Counted from the first letter of the stretch, positions 1-12,580 are shown. The stretch is 64,000 nt of DNA from Adineta vaga (GCA_021613535.1 CP075494.1:3100001-3164000), one strand, 5' to 3'. Translations and numbers: made by a program. The notes: generated by a model from the sequence alone, not told the origin.

Positions 1-230
1 AAAAGATCGTACAACGAAAATGTTCGATCGTGGTTGGACACAATTCGAACGGGAGGGTTGGATATGAATGCATAGCATAGAAGAGATACGCAGACATACT
101 TAACTCTATTTCTTTCTTTATTTGTGTTTAAATTTAATCAAAAATAATAAACAATGCTCGTCGCAAATGATTCGCTTGACTCTCGATTGATTAAGTAACA
201 TAAATGTACATTTTAATTTGTGTTGTTAAA

Positions 231-293
231 AAGAGGGCGTGTGTATGTGTGTGGACATCTCTTCTTCTTTCGCACCCTCACCCACACCCTCAA
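231..293. repeat. Telomere-like intergenic palindrome
   Basis: GAGGGCGTGTGT...CACCCTCACCCACACCCTCAA. Confidence 0.75.
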
Positions 294-531
294 ATCAACG
301 AAAGAAATTTGAAATGATTAGAATTTCATTTCTTCAGTAGAATATATACAATAAAAGATTTTGTTACAAGATTGTCTTACTCTCATCTACATGCATACCC
401 TAACCCTCATCCTCGGTTAATATTTTAATCATTTTCATTTACAGGTACTTCAGAAAAGTATTAGATAAAAAGAAAAGATAAATTCAGGCATATTCTGTTG
501 TCTTTAATAGAAAGAAAAACTAACTACGAAA

Positions 532-1851
532 ATGTTATCATCATCTATTACGTTTTACTTATTTTTACTTTTGTGCTATTCATTTTGCTTCATAACTGTC
601 GTTAGTGAAGTGAATCGTCCCACCGTTGGTGTTATTCGTTGGGATGCCTGGAATATGATTAATGGACAATATGATTATATATCAAATCGTAGTCGTAATT
701 GGTTTATTCCTCAACAGTATCATTATCGTTTACCATTTTTTGCTGAAGTTTTAGCAGAAAATAATGTAACAATGAATGAAGATACACAAGTAATTATGGA
801 TCAAGAAATACTTTATGCAAAATTTGCTGGTTTTGATTATTGGGCATTCGATACTTATTGTTCATATTCATCGAATTGTACATCAAATTCGTCATTTTGT
901 AATGAATATTTACATGATATTGCACCTGATTATTGTGTTTATAATCCAGCATATGGATTAAATCGATATTTATCAAGTCAATATGTATCATTGATTAATT
1001 TTACTCTTTTACTATTAGGTTCAACGATCTGTGATCCTGAATTACAAGACTATTATATAGATTTAATGGCACGTCCTCAATATCAAACTGTTTTAGGTGG
1101 TAGACCACTTGTATATCTATTTCAATTTACCGATAAACAAGCTCAATTTTGTGGTGGCAGTTGGACAGGTGCTAAGCAAGTCATTGATAGTTTTCGACAA
1201 AAATCTAGACAACGAAGTATATTTTATTGTGTTTCTCACAATTATGAAACTATCTCTTCATTGTTTATGGGTTATCCTAGGTTTAAAAAATCCATATATG
1301 GTTTATATGAGTCAAAATATATTGGAAGCTAAAAATAATAGTCAAGCGTTAGGTTTCGATGCTGTTTCATCATACGGAATTAATGGTGGTGGGACTGTTG
1401 AAGTAGATATTTTTAAAATTGAACTAAATTCGAAATATTTTCTTTGAAGGGTGCACCATTCAATGATAAAGTTCAACAAAATGAACAGTAAGTTATATTG
1501 AACTGTTGCTATCAATTATTAATAATATTTCTGATATACAGATGGTGGAACGCTGTTGTTCAAAGCGGGACAAAAGTGATCATACCACTTTCAACTGGAT
1601 GGGATACACGACCACAAACACGTAATGGAACTGCAACGCATTACTTACAACCTTCTGCTGAAGAATTACAAAATTTTATGAAAGATGCAATAAAAATAAC
1701 TTGTAATAATAAAAATATAACTGAAGCTCAAACAATACTTGTCTATGCTTGGAATGAATGCGCTGAGAATAGTGCAGCACTTATTCCTTCATTGGGAAAT
1801 GGTACATACTTTGTCAGAGCCCTTTCAAAAACACTTCCTATGTCCTGCTAA
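532..1851 (+). CDS. Secreted GH99/WbsX-like TIM-barrel glycoside hydrolase, bacterial-type, 4 exons
   Basis: Signal peptide; motifs VGVIRWDAW, MDQEILYAKFAGFDYWAF, GRPLVYLF, GWDTRP, VYAWNE. GT-AG introns at 1217-1280, 1403-1449 and 1488-1541 join the three ORF-track pieces in frame. Confidence 0.75.
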
Positions 1852-2008
1852 AGAAAAACTTTATTGAAATTTGGTTTATATTATTTTAAACGTTATTGTG
1901 TTTCAATTGATAGTATATGCTTAAAAGTAATTAATTGATTTTTCTTTATTTAAGAAATTAAAAATAAATTTTTCTCTAATCCATAGCATATAGATTTCTT
2001 CATGACGT

Positions 2009-2057
2009 GATAAGGTGTGGGTATGGGTCTTATGATTTACACCCACCCACACTATCA
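2009..2057. repeat. Telomere-like intergenic palindrome
   Basis: AAGGTGTGGGTATGGGT...ACACCCACCCACAC. Confidence 0.7.
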
Positions 2058-2357
2058 CTAAACTGTTCATTAGCAAACAAATTTATTCACGTAAGACTCA
2101 TTCCTATGAGTAAGAGAACAACAAAGATTGGTTATAAAGTATATGTCAATAATACATTTATGTTAATATCGACATTTGTCTTCTATATAATCTCTCTCTC
2201 TCTCTCTACCTGTAATAATTGTATTTACTTACATAAATCATATGTAAATACATGGAAAGAAAAGATTAAATCCGTTTAAATTGTATAAAAGAAAGTTTAT
2301 TGAAAAAAAAAGAAAAGCAGGATTATTTCAAATAATGTCCTTTTCGATCGTATTCCA

Positions 2358-2678
2358 TTATATAATAAATCTGGTTATAACGATTCCCAGAATCATAAGA
2401 ATACTAAATGTCGTTAATTTCGTTGCATCACATGTTGAATCGACATCACCAGCAGCACCAAGTATTGGACAAGTATTAAGAAAATTTGTTGAACATGAAA
2501 CACGGTTACATGTGACATCGTTACAAACGAGACTTAAATCAAATGATTGACTTGTTGCTCCAGAATAGGTAGAAGCATCACAACCACTTGATGTACAACA
2601 TTTACATATACATCGAGTACTGGTAGTAATTTGAATAACGAATAGCAGAAAGATGCAGAGATGATATAAAAATTTCAT
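2358..2678 (-). CDS. Small secreted Cys-rich protein with C-terminal hydrophobic (GPI-like) tail
   Basis: MKFLYHLCIFLLFVIQITTS signal peptide, CICKCC...C...C...C...C...C core, hydrophobic C-terminus; intronless. Confidence 0.75.
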   Translation of the reverse strand: MKFLYHLCIFLLFVIQITTSTRCICKCCTSSGCDASTYSGATSQSFDLSLVCNDVTCNRVSCSTNFLNTCPILGAAGDVDSTCDATKLTTFSILMILGIVITRFII

Positions 2679-3780
2679 GGCTTTCGACAAAGATTGAATA
2701 AGAAAAATAGTATATCAAAGATTCTTTCTTCTTATAAGAAAAATTTATGTAAATGACAAAATTCTTTTTTCGAATGATTGAAAGAAAGAAGAAACTATTC
2801 GGATGTTTTGATATTCGAACAAGAAAAAATACGATTAGAAGACATGTCCATGAGTAATCCAGTTGACATATTTCATGGAGAGAAAAAATATCGGATTCAA
2901 ATGAATCATTGTTCATATTCATCTGATTATTTGATCTAACAACAACTGAACGTTGACAAAATCATACACGTAACATTATATCAATGTCCTCAGTACACTC
3001 GCATAATATCCTCATATTGTATAGATAACATTGTATCAATAAAAGATCTTTCTTTTATTCCTAAAAGTATATGACTATAACCACGATTTAAGAATTCTTT
3101 TATATTTTTTGTTTAGAATCTTTATTCGTATCTTGAATATATCTTGACTATTGATCACCTTCTAATTATCATAAGAAGAATATTTTCAATAGTTTTTGCA
3201 TCTTCATACAATAAGAAATAATTCGACGAAATCAATATTTCAATATGATAAATTTTTAAGATCCAATCGTTATTGTTATGAAGAATAGAAAGAAGTATGA
3301 AACGTTCCCTATTAACATTTTATTCAAGTGGAAGAGTACCGAAATTCTATACTCAAAAGTCGGATATCGTTAACGACTTTAATAAGTAATAGGAAAATAT
3401 TGATAGCCTAGATTTTTCTATTTGGGAACAATTACGATTATCATTATTTATCTGCGGAATATTTTGAAACAGACGATAAAGATTTCTGTTTCCTGTAGCA
3501 TATCCTTTTGTGAAATGTGCACTGAATTGAAAGAAGCATTGAAGGATATATCCGGATAAAACAATATACACTTTCGCTCACAAACCTGAGAATTTTTCAA
3601 TTAATAACAAACAAGGGTATGAAAGACCGGAAATAAGACACAAAAGAAAAGTGGAATATTATGTTCATGAGCATCAGCGATCATGCGTGATATCATCGGA
3701 CTATTGCGTACATTATTATCGTTGAATACATAGCATTTTTAACTATATACAAGATCTTTTTCTGTTAAATCCGAGTAAAT

Positions 3781-4764
3781 ATGTCTGAATTAAGAACACT
3801 GCAATCTATTCAAACAAACTTATTTAGATTTGGTGGTCCATTCTTAATTATTAATGCGACGATTAGTTGTACAATCAATCTATTTGTCTTTACAAAGAGT
3901 ACTCTTAGAAAAAATCCCTGTACAATTTGTCTCATTGCTGCCAATATCGCAAATATATTATTCGTCTATTTCAGTTTCATTCCTCTTGTAATGCAAGTTG
4001 GATACGATATCGACCCAAGTTCAACAAATATTGTTTACTGCCGCTTTCGATTTTATACTTCCTATGTGTTTAGTTCTTTGGGACCAACATATATGGTTCT
4101 GGCATCAATCGATCGAACATTATTGACTTCAAGGGATGCTGGCATACGAAAACGAAGTACATATCGTTTAGCCATAACGTGTATCATTGTTCTAGCTCTC
4201 TTCTGGATGATATTCCATATTCATGCATTTATCTTTACAGAAATCATACAATTTGGACCAAATATATTACTCTGTTATTTTCAACCTGGAAATTATACAG
4301 TCTTTATAACCTATTATTCACTTCTATTCAATGCAATAATACCACCTCTGTTGATGATCATGTTTGGACTTTGGACACTCAAAAATGTCGGTACAGTACA
4401 CAATAACGTACATCCTACTGGTTCATTGATAAACGCATCGACAACTATGGGAAGACAACACATTATTGGATCAAAGGATCATCAATTAATCAAAATGTTA
4501 TTGGTTGATATTGTTATCTACATTATCTTTCGAATTCCGCTTGCCGTCTTTCTTATCTACCAACAAATCACTCAATATCAATCAAAATCTAGTGATCAAA
4601 TAGCAATAGATTACTTCATCCTAAACATCACCTATTTTCTTTTTATGATTGTTCCGGCCATTAATTGTTACACCAATCTATTGATTTCAAAAACATTTCG
4701 CGTCGAGTTAAAAGAAGCCTTTTTACATTGTAAAATTTTCCGTTTTGTTGTTCGACCACAATAA
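3781..4764 (+). CDS. Rhodopsin-like (class A) GPCR, intronless
   Basis: 7 hydrophobic segments; LRKNPC, C before TM3, LASIDR (DRY-like), SKTFR helix 8. Paralogous to 30607-31575. Confidence 0.9.
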   Translation: MSELRTLQSIQTNLFRFGGPFLIINATISCTINLFVFTKSTLRKNPCTICLIAANIANILFVYFSFIPLVMQVGYDIDPSSTNIVYCRFRFYTSYVFSSLGPTYMVLASIDRTLLTSRDAGIRKRSTYRLAITCIIVLALFWMIFHIHAFIFTEIIQFGPNILLCYFQPGNYTVFITYYSLLFNAIIPPLLMIMFGLWTLKNVGTVHNNVHPTGSLINASTTMGRQHIIGSKDHQLIKMLLVDIVIYIIFRIPLAVFLIYQQITQYQSKSSDQIAIDYFILNITYFLFMIVPAINCYTNLLISKTFRVELKEAFLHCKIFRFVVRPQ

Positions 4765-5143
4765 AAGTGAAAAAGCAAGGATACTTGATGTTTTTCGTAA
4801 AATAAACTTCCCGATCACACAATCGCTAATACTCAGTATTCGAATAATCATTCAATCAAACTTTAGAGTCTGTATCGATTTTCATATTGTTAAAATATTT
4901 TAAATCAAATCAGCCAATGCATTACTATTTCTTGCACGGTATGATTTATGATATCGAATATTTTATTGTATGTTAAGGAATTCTGTTTCCTATATTCAAC
5001 ATCATTAATAAATTATAATGAGATTAAGAAAATTTGTTTCAAAGTTTACGAGGTTAAAAGAATACTGAATAGAATGACATTAAATGAGGCATGAGTAAAG
5101 TTATAAAAACGAGAATAAATAAAATATAGTTAATGATTAAATG

Positions 5144-6312
5144 TTAGTCTTGCAAGAGGGTACTGACAGTGTTGGACATTCGATTCGTAACAATAATGTC
5201 AAGTTTGCTATCATTATCTAAATCGCCAACCGTTCTTGAGTAAGGTTTGGTACCAACTGTGCAAGTAGTTTGATTGTAGAATATGCTGTTGTAGGCTATA
5301 TCAAATAAGAAAACATCAGTTTTATTGATAAATCAAGGTGATAGTGAGTGTGAATATGCACAGCATACTATGTGACTATATTCAAATTCTTAGCTACCCA
5401 TCTAGATTTTTTTATGTGGCTTGATCATACGAAAAATGTTCAATAGGTATATCGTAAGACTCAAAATTATTTCGACTAGGTATCTGTTTTAATAAATATA
5501 TAAAATAATAGGGAACTTTTAATATTTTGTTGACCTAAAACTGTTATTGTTGTTGTTATTGCTCTTGCTGCTGTCGATTCTATTTTAGAACATGAAAATT
5601 AGTGCGAAGAAAAAAGAACAATTTTCAAATTATTTATTCTTTCGATAAAAGAACTCGAGTAATTGCATATTCAATCAATACAAGTTAGGTACAAATTTCA
5701 TTTCGTTTATGATTTCAGCATAATTTTATTGTTGTAGTTTTCTTTTCTATTTCTGAAATTATCTGCTCACAGATGTATTTCTCTATTTATTATGGAGATA
5801 CCGGTTGTTTTTTTTCAAATTTTTATCTTAAAGATATGGGTTAGAATTTCTTCTATACTGGTATCCATGTCTTCTAAAAAGACCGAAGTTATCTCATCTA
5901 GATTTTGTCTCTTACGCTACCGATATTTATTCGCTGTCTGACACATTGTCTTGAACCTCACTTCTTATTGATACATACCAGGTGAAAATCTTGTTTGAGA
6001 TATAACAAACATACTATCGATATCATTATTATTCAATAAAACATTATTTTCATTGAGTAAATCAGAAAATAATTGACATCAAAAAGTAGATCGATAAAAA
6101 CTCGCTGCTTTACAATGTTGTCGATATAAACAAGTGATTTGACACGTACGAATCGTTGGTGCCGTTGTAGTAAGAAATGGTAAACAAGTTGTATTACTAC
6201 TTTGAAATTGAGAATTGTATAGAAGAGACATGTAAATTGAACTTGTATCTTGTAGAATTGATTGTTCAATAAAAATTGTAAGGAATAAGAAAATAATTCT
6301 TTTTTGATTCAT
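5144..6312 (-). pseudogene. Secreted PAN/apple-domain gene with in-frame TGA, plus a downstream single FG-GAP/VCBS repeat
   Basis: Signal peptide then CQITC...CKAASF...STF*CQLFSD (TGA at 6079-6081); splice donor ~5978; Thr-rich mini-exon ~5535-5580; 5144-5290 reads TVGTKPYSRTVGDLDNDSKLDIIVTNRMSNTVSTLLQD*. Whether the pieces belong to one gene is inferred. Confidence 0.6.
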
Positions 6313-6837
6313 ATCTAAAGAAAAATGGTAGTCTCGAAGAAAAATAAGAAGTTTCTAAATGAAGTATACAATGCACAGCAACAGAGCTTTTAATACTATT
6401 TGATTTTCTAACAAAAAACTTCATTTCATTAATGAAGAAAAGGTCAGAGCTTTTTTTTAAGAACTGATTGACACATACATGAATCAGTTAAATAGAGAAA
6501 TTCAGTTGAAGAAGATCTTCAACAAAAATCTTTATTATAACTGGTTGATCTTCGAAATTTGTTTGAGTTATACAACAGTTTTTCATCTTATTATTTTAAT
6601 GGAATAAATCAAACATGGCCAACACGTTTAGTTTTCTTTTCCTTTTCATAATGAATAAGGCGAGAAAAAAAAGAGCTGATTTGATTTCATAGATGTAATT
6701 TCAATAAGAGTTTCTGTCACATTTAGAGAAGAGCATATTAAAACTGAATAGTTAGTTACAGTAACAGCTCTTGTATGTAACAGGATGTAATAAAAAGCAT
6801 GGATATAGAAAATGCTTTTTGAGAATCTACATGTAGA

Positions 6838-6900
6838 TGAGGGTGTGGATGTATATAAAGATAGTACAGTGGAAATCCATTCAACATTGTCACCAACGAC
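6838..6900. repeat. Telomere-like palindrome (right arm decayed)
   Basis: TGAGGGTGTGGATGT left arm. Confidence 0.5.
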
Positions 6901-7193
6901 CTGCACTGACCATCGATATTTAAATTCTGTCTCAGAACCTCTCTCGAACGTTACTAATTTATAGTAGGTGTATTGAAGTGGATGTCATACATGAGTAATA
7001 GATGCAGTCTGGAATACTTCTACTATTGAGTATTCTGACTGGTTAAAGACAATATCCGAGGTATTGGTATTCCGACATTTCTGTGAAATTTAAATGTTAA
7101 GAAAGAAACTGAGGCGTGAACCCTTTCTAAACAAGCGATTGCTTTACGCGTACTGTAATTCATTGTCAGACATAAACAATCATGAAGAAAGGT

Positions 7194-8537
7194 TTACGAA
7201 AACAAGTTATTGTTCGCCTCTGATGACTTGAGATAAAGAATATGTTTGGATGTTCGATTGTCATATTCATATCTAACAAAACTAAAATAAGCTCCAGTCC
7301 AAAGTAAATATTCTTCTTCTTCCGGAAAATTAGACAAATGCGCTATACTTGCACCAACTTGACAGTCTTGCATTGGTTGTAGTTTTGTATCCAAATCCAT
7401 AATAAGTAGAGTATTTCCATAGATTTCAGCTAGCCCTCTGTTTGCAGTTGTCGAAGTGAAAGATAGAAAGTTCATATGTTTATTCATGAAGCTTTGACGT
7501 TCTTCATCGGTTGTTAGTAGAAGTCCTCGATAGACTCGTAGAATGTGATTTGTACTGATCTTTTTCAAATAATTATGAAGAAGAAAACAGAACGGTCCCA
7601 ATGTCTTTAATTGATCATAGCTAGCTCTTTCTGGATGTCGAAGTACACCATTGAGTAGTTTATACCAAAACGAGTCTTTTGTATAGATATTGACAAAAAT
7701 GTTGCCAATTTCAGATGGACATTGGCCGTCTTTGAAATAGGTCACATAAATATTTTCACCATAATGTTTAACTGCGATGAGTTGTTGAGCTAAATGTTGT
7801 GCTTGACATCGTTTACCAATGCCTATTCCTTCTTTTAAAATTCCTTCTGCTGCTTCTTGAACAACGTCAGCAATCGTTTTTTTTTTACTTCTCAACTCGG
7901 ACAGTTCATAACCCGCAGAAAAAAAACCGGTGCGCATAATCCGCATTCCTACCTGTGTTTTATCAACATTTAATATCCTTTGAATACCATATTCAATAGC
8001 ATCATCCCGTTCTTTGTTGCTGTTGTTTTCACTTTTCGTTGTTCGTTTGTTGCCGAGCAATGGTGAAAATATCCATTGGAGAGCTCGGGTCGTGTGCAAC
8101 GTTTGGACGTCATTCGAAAATGGGTTACACTGTTCAATCGAGGCTCTTTGCATGTCAGAAACTCCCGTGGGTAAATCTTGCCGCCCGTCATTAGATGGTG
8201 TAGTGGAGACTGGTATTGTCTGTGAAAATCTTCCTTCCCGTAGATGAACTTTGCGACCAATTCGTTCTTCAAGTAGAACACGTTTTATTGTACGTTGTTC
8301 TGATTGATCTACCTTTCGATACTGCACTTGTTGTTTTAAATTGATCGTTATATCGCCATCAATTTCTACCTCATCTTTCTGTTCATTATATGCATCTTCA
8401 ATAATTTCATTATCTATGTCTGCATACTTCACCCATTCGTCTTCTTTTTCATCATTCGACTTGCAGTTCCAATACCACTGATAGTGGCTTGACGAACGAA
8501 GAAAAGTTGACGCACGAAAAAATGCAGCAGATGCCAT
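7194..8537 (-). CDS. WWE domain + R-S-E (ARTC/exoenzyme-type) ADP-ribosyltransferase
   Basis: N-terminal QWYW...EWVKYADIDNEIIEDAY (WWE); C-terminal YTKDSFWYKLLNGVLR, VYRGL, SFTSTT, EEEYLL. First ATG at 8537. Confidence 0.85.
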   Translation of the reverse strand: MASAAFFRASTFLRSSSHYQWYWNCKSNDEKEDEWVKYADIDNEIIEDAYNEQKDEVEIDGDITINLKQQVQYRKVDQSEQRTIKRVLLEERIGRKVHLREGRFSQTIPVSTTPSNDGRQDLPTGVSDMQRASIEQCNPFSNDVQTLHTTRALQWIFSPLLGNKRTTKSENNSNKERDDAIEYGIQRILNVDKTQVGMRIMRTGFFSAGYELSELRSKKKTIADVVQEAAEGILKEGIGIGKRCQAQHLAQQLIAVKHYGENIYVTYFKDGQCPSEIGNIFVNIYTKDSFWYKLLNGVLRHPERASYDQLKTLGPFCFLLHNYLKKISTNHILRVYRGLLLTTDEERQSFMNKHMNFLSFTSTTANRGLAEIYGNTLLIMDLDTKLQPMQDCQVGASIAHLSNFPEEEEYLLWTGAYFSFVRYEYDNRTSKHILYLKSSEANNNLFS

Positions 8538-9360
8538 TCTATTCTTTCTCTTTGAGGTACGTAAAAGTGTGCGCTTTGAAGTAAAATCTTCTGTTGTCTT
8601 TCCTTTCACGTTGGTTTATATTCACTCTTTTGAAATAACAATACAGAATTTCATTTAAAATTGTATTATGAAAATAATGCAGAGCACCCATGAAAGTGAA
8701 TTTTGTTGCTTCTCTAACAGTTTTTAATAGATCAATATGTACTATCAAAATATGAAGAAATTCTGGAAATCAACGGGAGACACCTCAAGACGTTTCCTCG
8801 TCAGCTCCCCGTAGCCCATCTCTGGCGCCACCATTAGCCCACACCTTCAATTTAATCGTATATTTCATATGCATTGATGCGCATTACACACATTGCACTG
8901 CGATCAAACTGAACAAATAATTCAGAACATAATCATAGATTCATTATCAAGTCATTGATTCACAGGCGTATAGACTGAAAAAGAAGGGAACACTCTATAA
9001 TGATGAGGTATAAAAATGTTCGCAGGTTGTTTAAAATGCTAGTTTAGAGTACCAAAGTCGAACTATTATTCGATGTTTCAATAATCAAACAAATTTTGTA
9101 TGAAGTAACGTCTGAGTATTTCCTTCCCCAAATTTGTTCTTTAACCAGTTTCAAATATAATTCAACGAGTTATGTCGATTCCAAAAATTCTTTTCTTTTC
9201 TCTCTAAATCAACGACATGTGAAGTTATCACTGTTTGATTGTAACATATATTGCTTTTAAAATGATCGCATTCCACTACCTTTGGCTCAAAACGACAAAC
9301 ATCTTTGCGTATCAATCATATTTTTTCAGATACATCAGATTTCCAATAAATAGAAAATTA

Positions 9361-9423
9361 GGAAGGTGTAGATGTAGATTCATGTATTCTTCGACTGTAC
9401 CTACACCAACACTCATCTTCTTC
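9361..9423. repeat. Telomere-like intergenic palindrome (degenerate)
   Basis: GAAGGTGTAGATGTAGA...ACCTACACCAACACTC. Confidence 0.55.
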
Positions 9424-10598
9424 TAACTTATCAATGATAAGACTAGATAGAAGACGTGGGTCCTATAATGCGTCCATGACTTTAGACGATTTACGAAGTT
9501 TATTTTAATCAAGTGTTAGGTATAATAAAAGAATAGTTCAAATGTTAAAATTTAAAGTCAGATCATGTTTATATCGCTCTGTTGCTTTCTCACGCTGTCA
9601 CATTCGACGGTTGACTGGTAGCAGTAAGTAATGCTAAGAAACAAATAGAAATACTTATTTCACACATTCGTTCTGACTCACCGATTTCATTTACCAGTGA
9701 ACGTTCACTAGGATTGACGCGGGGAGCAATAAGATTGAATTCTACAGAAGAGACAAGCGTTCACAATTGTTTAAATGTTCAAATTCCAGATGTACTTACC
9801 AGCCATACTTCTACTTTGGTTGCCGCTCTGATCATTATTCAACATGATCATATTTTGATCTGGTTTGAGAAGAAAACACATCTGAATCATATTGTACAAT
9901 GAAACATATAGAAAAACTTACCACTGAGATCAGCATTTCGAGCAGCCGCTCCGTCAATGCGTTGTATCTCGTTAATAGCTGGATCTATAGAAAAGATTTA
10001 CGTATAAAGAAATGCTTGAGAATATTACTAACTAGTCGGGGATGCATTAGTATAGATAGCAATCAGAAGAAAAATACACACGTAGACAACAGCTTTGTGC
10101 ATTATAGTATTGTACACGTAGAGCGAAAGAAATGAAATTGTTTTTATGCTGTCGTACGTCATTTTAATATAGTTTTACAATGCCAAACAGAAGAGAAAAG
10201 AAACAAAATTTCGAAAAAAGTTCCTTCCCCAATAGCAGAGATGGAGTTGTACCTGATCTTTTTATACGAAGAGCAAATACCAGCAAAATTATTCATGATT
10301 TAAATTTCGTCAACAAACATTGCCACACTTATAGTTGTACAACCCCAAATGGAATTAAAAAAACGAAATTTGAAAAACAAGTTTTTGTTGAGATGAAGAG
10401 AAGGTTGAGTTGTAGCTGGTTTTTCCACACAAAAAACAAATGTTAATAGTGAATCATGATTTAAATTTTATCAACAAACCTTGCGATATTTACCTATAAA
10501 CTGTTGGTTACTTTCATCGATCAGCAACTATAAAATGCTCGGCGTATTGCAAAGGAAGCCATCATTGATTGAAATAAATCTCACACAAAAACAACGTC

Positions 10599-10955
10599 AT
10601 GAATTCAGTTTTGCTCAAAGTTTTGGTGCTTTGTCTGCTTGTGGCCATTGCGCAAAGTATCACGTGTAGCTGCTGTTGTCCAAGTAGTGGATCCACCACT
10701 GGAACCTGTGGGCAAACATCCGTTTCTAACTGTACATCGTGCACAAACTCTCTGTGTCGATCGTTATATACGTGCTCTATAAGTGGTAGCAGCGGCCTCA
10801 CCGCGTAAGATATATTTAAGTTTTTATTTGCTTCTAAAAGTTGTGTCTTCTATTTTAGCACATGCTCAGCATCTCTCAGTCGTTATTCATTAATGGCAGC
10901 TTTTGCTCTTCCTTTACTGATCTATCTCTTTAACAACAACAAGATGAACTCATAA
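10599..10955 (+). CDS. Small secreted Cys-rich GPI-like protein, 2 exons
   Basis: Signal peptide, CSCCC core; intron 10805-10858 leads to TCSASLSRYSLMAAFALPLLIYLFNNNKMNS*. Confidence 0.75.
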
Positions 10956-11713
10956 AAATACTCACTCATATCCAATTTGAACTGCTTTGATTTCATTTTG
11001 ACCTGCATTTTCATTTTCTCCGTAATTTTCTTTCATATTCGAAATAATATACTCATGAAAATAAACTGAATCGTCTACAAAATATGTCTCGCCAATTTTT
11101 TTCCGACTATACCCTGATTGATCCAGACAGTTTCGAGAAAAAACTTGCGAATGGATCAATGCATCTACTTTGATAGTCTCATATGCTATCACAATCACAG
11201 AAGAATATAAATCAATAATTGGAAAAAGTACGTTAAATGTGCTGTACCTCAAGTAAAGTAAAGGTGACGGTGCAGATGTCAATCAGAGATATTCATCGTG
11301 GTGAAAATCAACCCTACTGGTATCGTAACGATATTAATAACATAGTGTATAAAGCACCCTTTCATACTCGACGATTCTCTTTTCATTATAAAACCTCTTT
11401 CTACAAAATATTCAAAAACGGAATGACAAAATTCTCTGTAATGAAACATCTTTTTATAAATTTACTAGAATAGTTTGGATACTGCAATCCGGTTGACTAC
11501 TGAACATTTTCCTTCTTCATTCGCATTATACCACCATATCAGACAGTGAATTAAATTATATATGTTGATTAAATGTTAATATTATTTCTTAGATATTTTC
11601 TTTGACCAGTTTTAAATATAATTTGACGAGTTCTGTCGATTCCAGAAATTCTTTTCTTTTCTCTCTGCATCATCTGAAAACACCAAATGCTTTTCAAAAT
11701 CACAAGAATATTG

Positions 11714-11757
11714 TTGAGAGCGTAGGTGATGAAGCAGAAGGCATCTACATCCTTCAG
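11714..11757. repeat. Telomere-like intergenic palindrome (degenerate)
   Basis: TTGAGAGCGTAGGTG...CATCTACATCCTTCAG. Confidence 0.55.
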
Positions 11758-12026
11758 GTTCCAAATCTAGAGCACTCTATATTTCATTCAATAACAAAAG
11801 AGCAAAGTTAAGTACATTTTATTGTGAAATGATACAGTTCTACCATCTAATAACATGTTTCTTTAACATTTGATTAGTATATACATATCAAATATTTGAT
11901 ATGAAAACACGTTTATTCTATGTTTTTTTAACTGTAATTATTTATCTAACGAAATTGATAATTATTTTGTATATATATAATAGTGAAAGATTTTCAAAAT
12001 TTTCAGTGAGTCGTAAATTTATTTTA

Positions 12027-12359
12027 ATGCTTAGCAAAAATTCAATAATCTTAATGTTGATGTTCCTTAGGAACGTCAATTCGTATATATGTACATGTTA
12101 TTGTCCCAATTACGTTGGCATTATGAATTATTATTCATGTACAACAGTTGCATGTACTCAAGCATGCAGTACATCTTTTTTTGATGCATGCAGATCATCA
12201 CCATCGGTAGTTGGGTATGATCAGTATAATTTTATTTGAATATGTATATCAGATTTTATTTATAGTTATTGTGGAACAAACTCCATAAGTCCGTATAAAA
12301 TATTAATTTTCATTTTACTTTCGACATGTATTATTATTCGTCAATGTTGTTCGAAATAA
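12027..12359 (+). CDS. Small secreted Cys-rich GPI-like protein, 2 exons
   Basis: MLSKNSIILMLMFLRNVNS then YICTCYC...; intron 12215-12265 leads to YCGTNSISPYKILIFILLSTCIIIRQCCSK*. Confidence 0.7.
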
Positions 12360-12580
12360 ATATTATCATGTCAATGGATTCAATCGATTGATTTTGTATT
12401 TTTTCTGCTTACATTCATGTGAGGATATCGTTGTGGAAAATCTGTTAATTCTGTGTCCACACCCGGAAAAAGAAATCATCAGAGTGCAATACAACTTTTA
12501 AAGTCTCGTTTATTCAAAATTTATACAGTTTGAAACAAATAGAAGCTATATGTTGAAAAATCTTATTATGCTTTATGCAT

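Noticed and set aside
10025-10050. ACTAGTCGGGG as a second Helitron 3' end
   Set aside because: No convincing hairpin or matching 5' TC terminus found.
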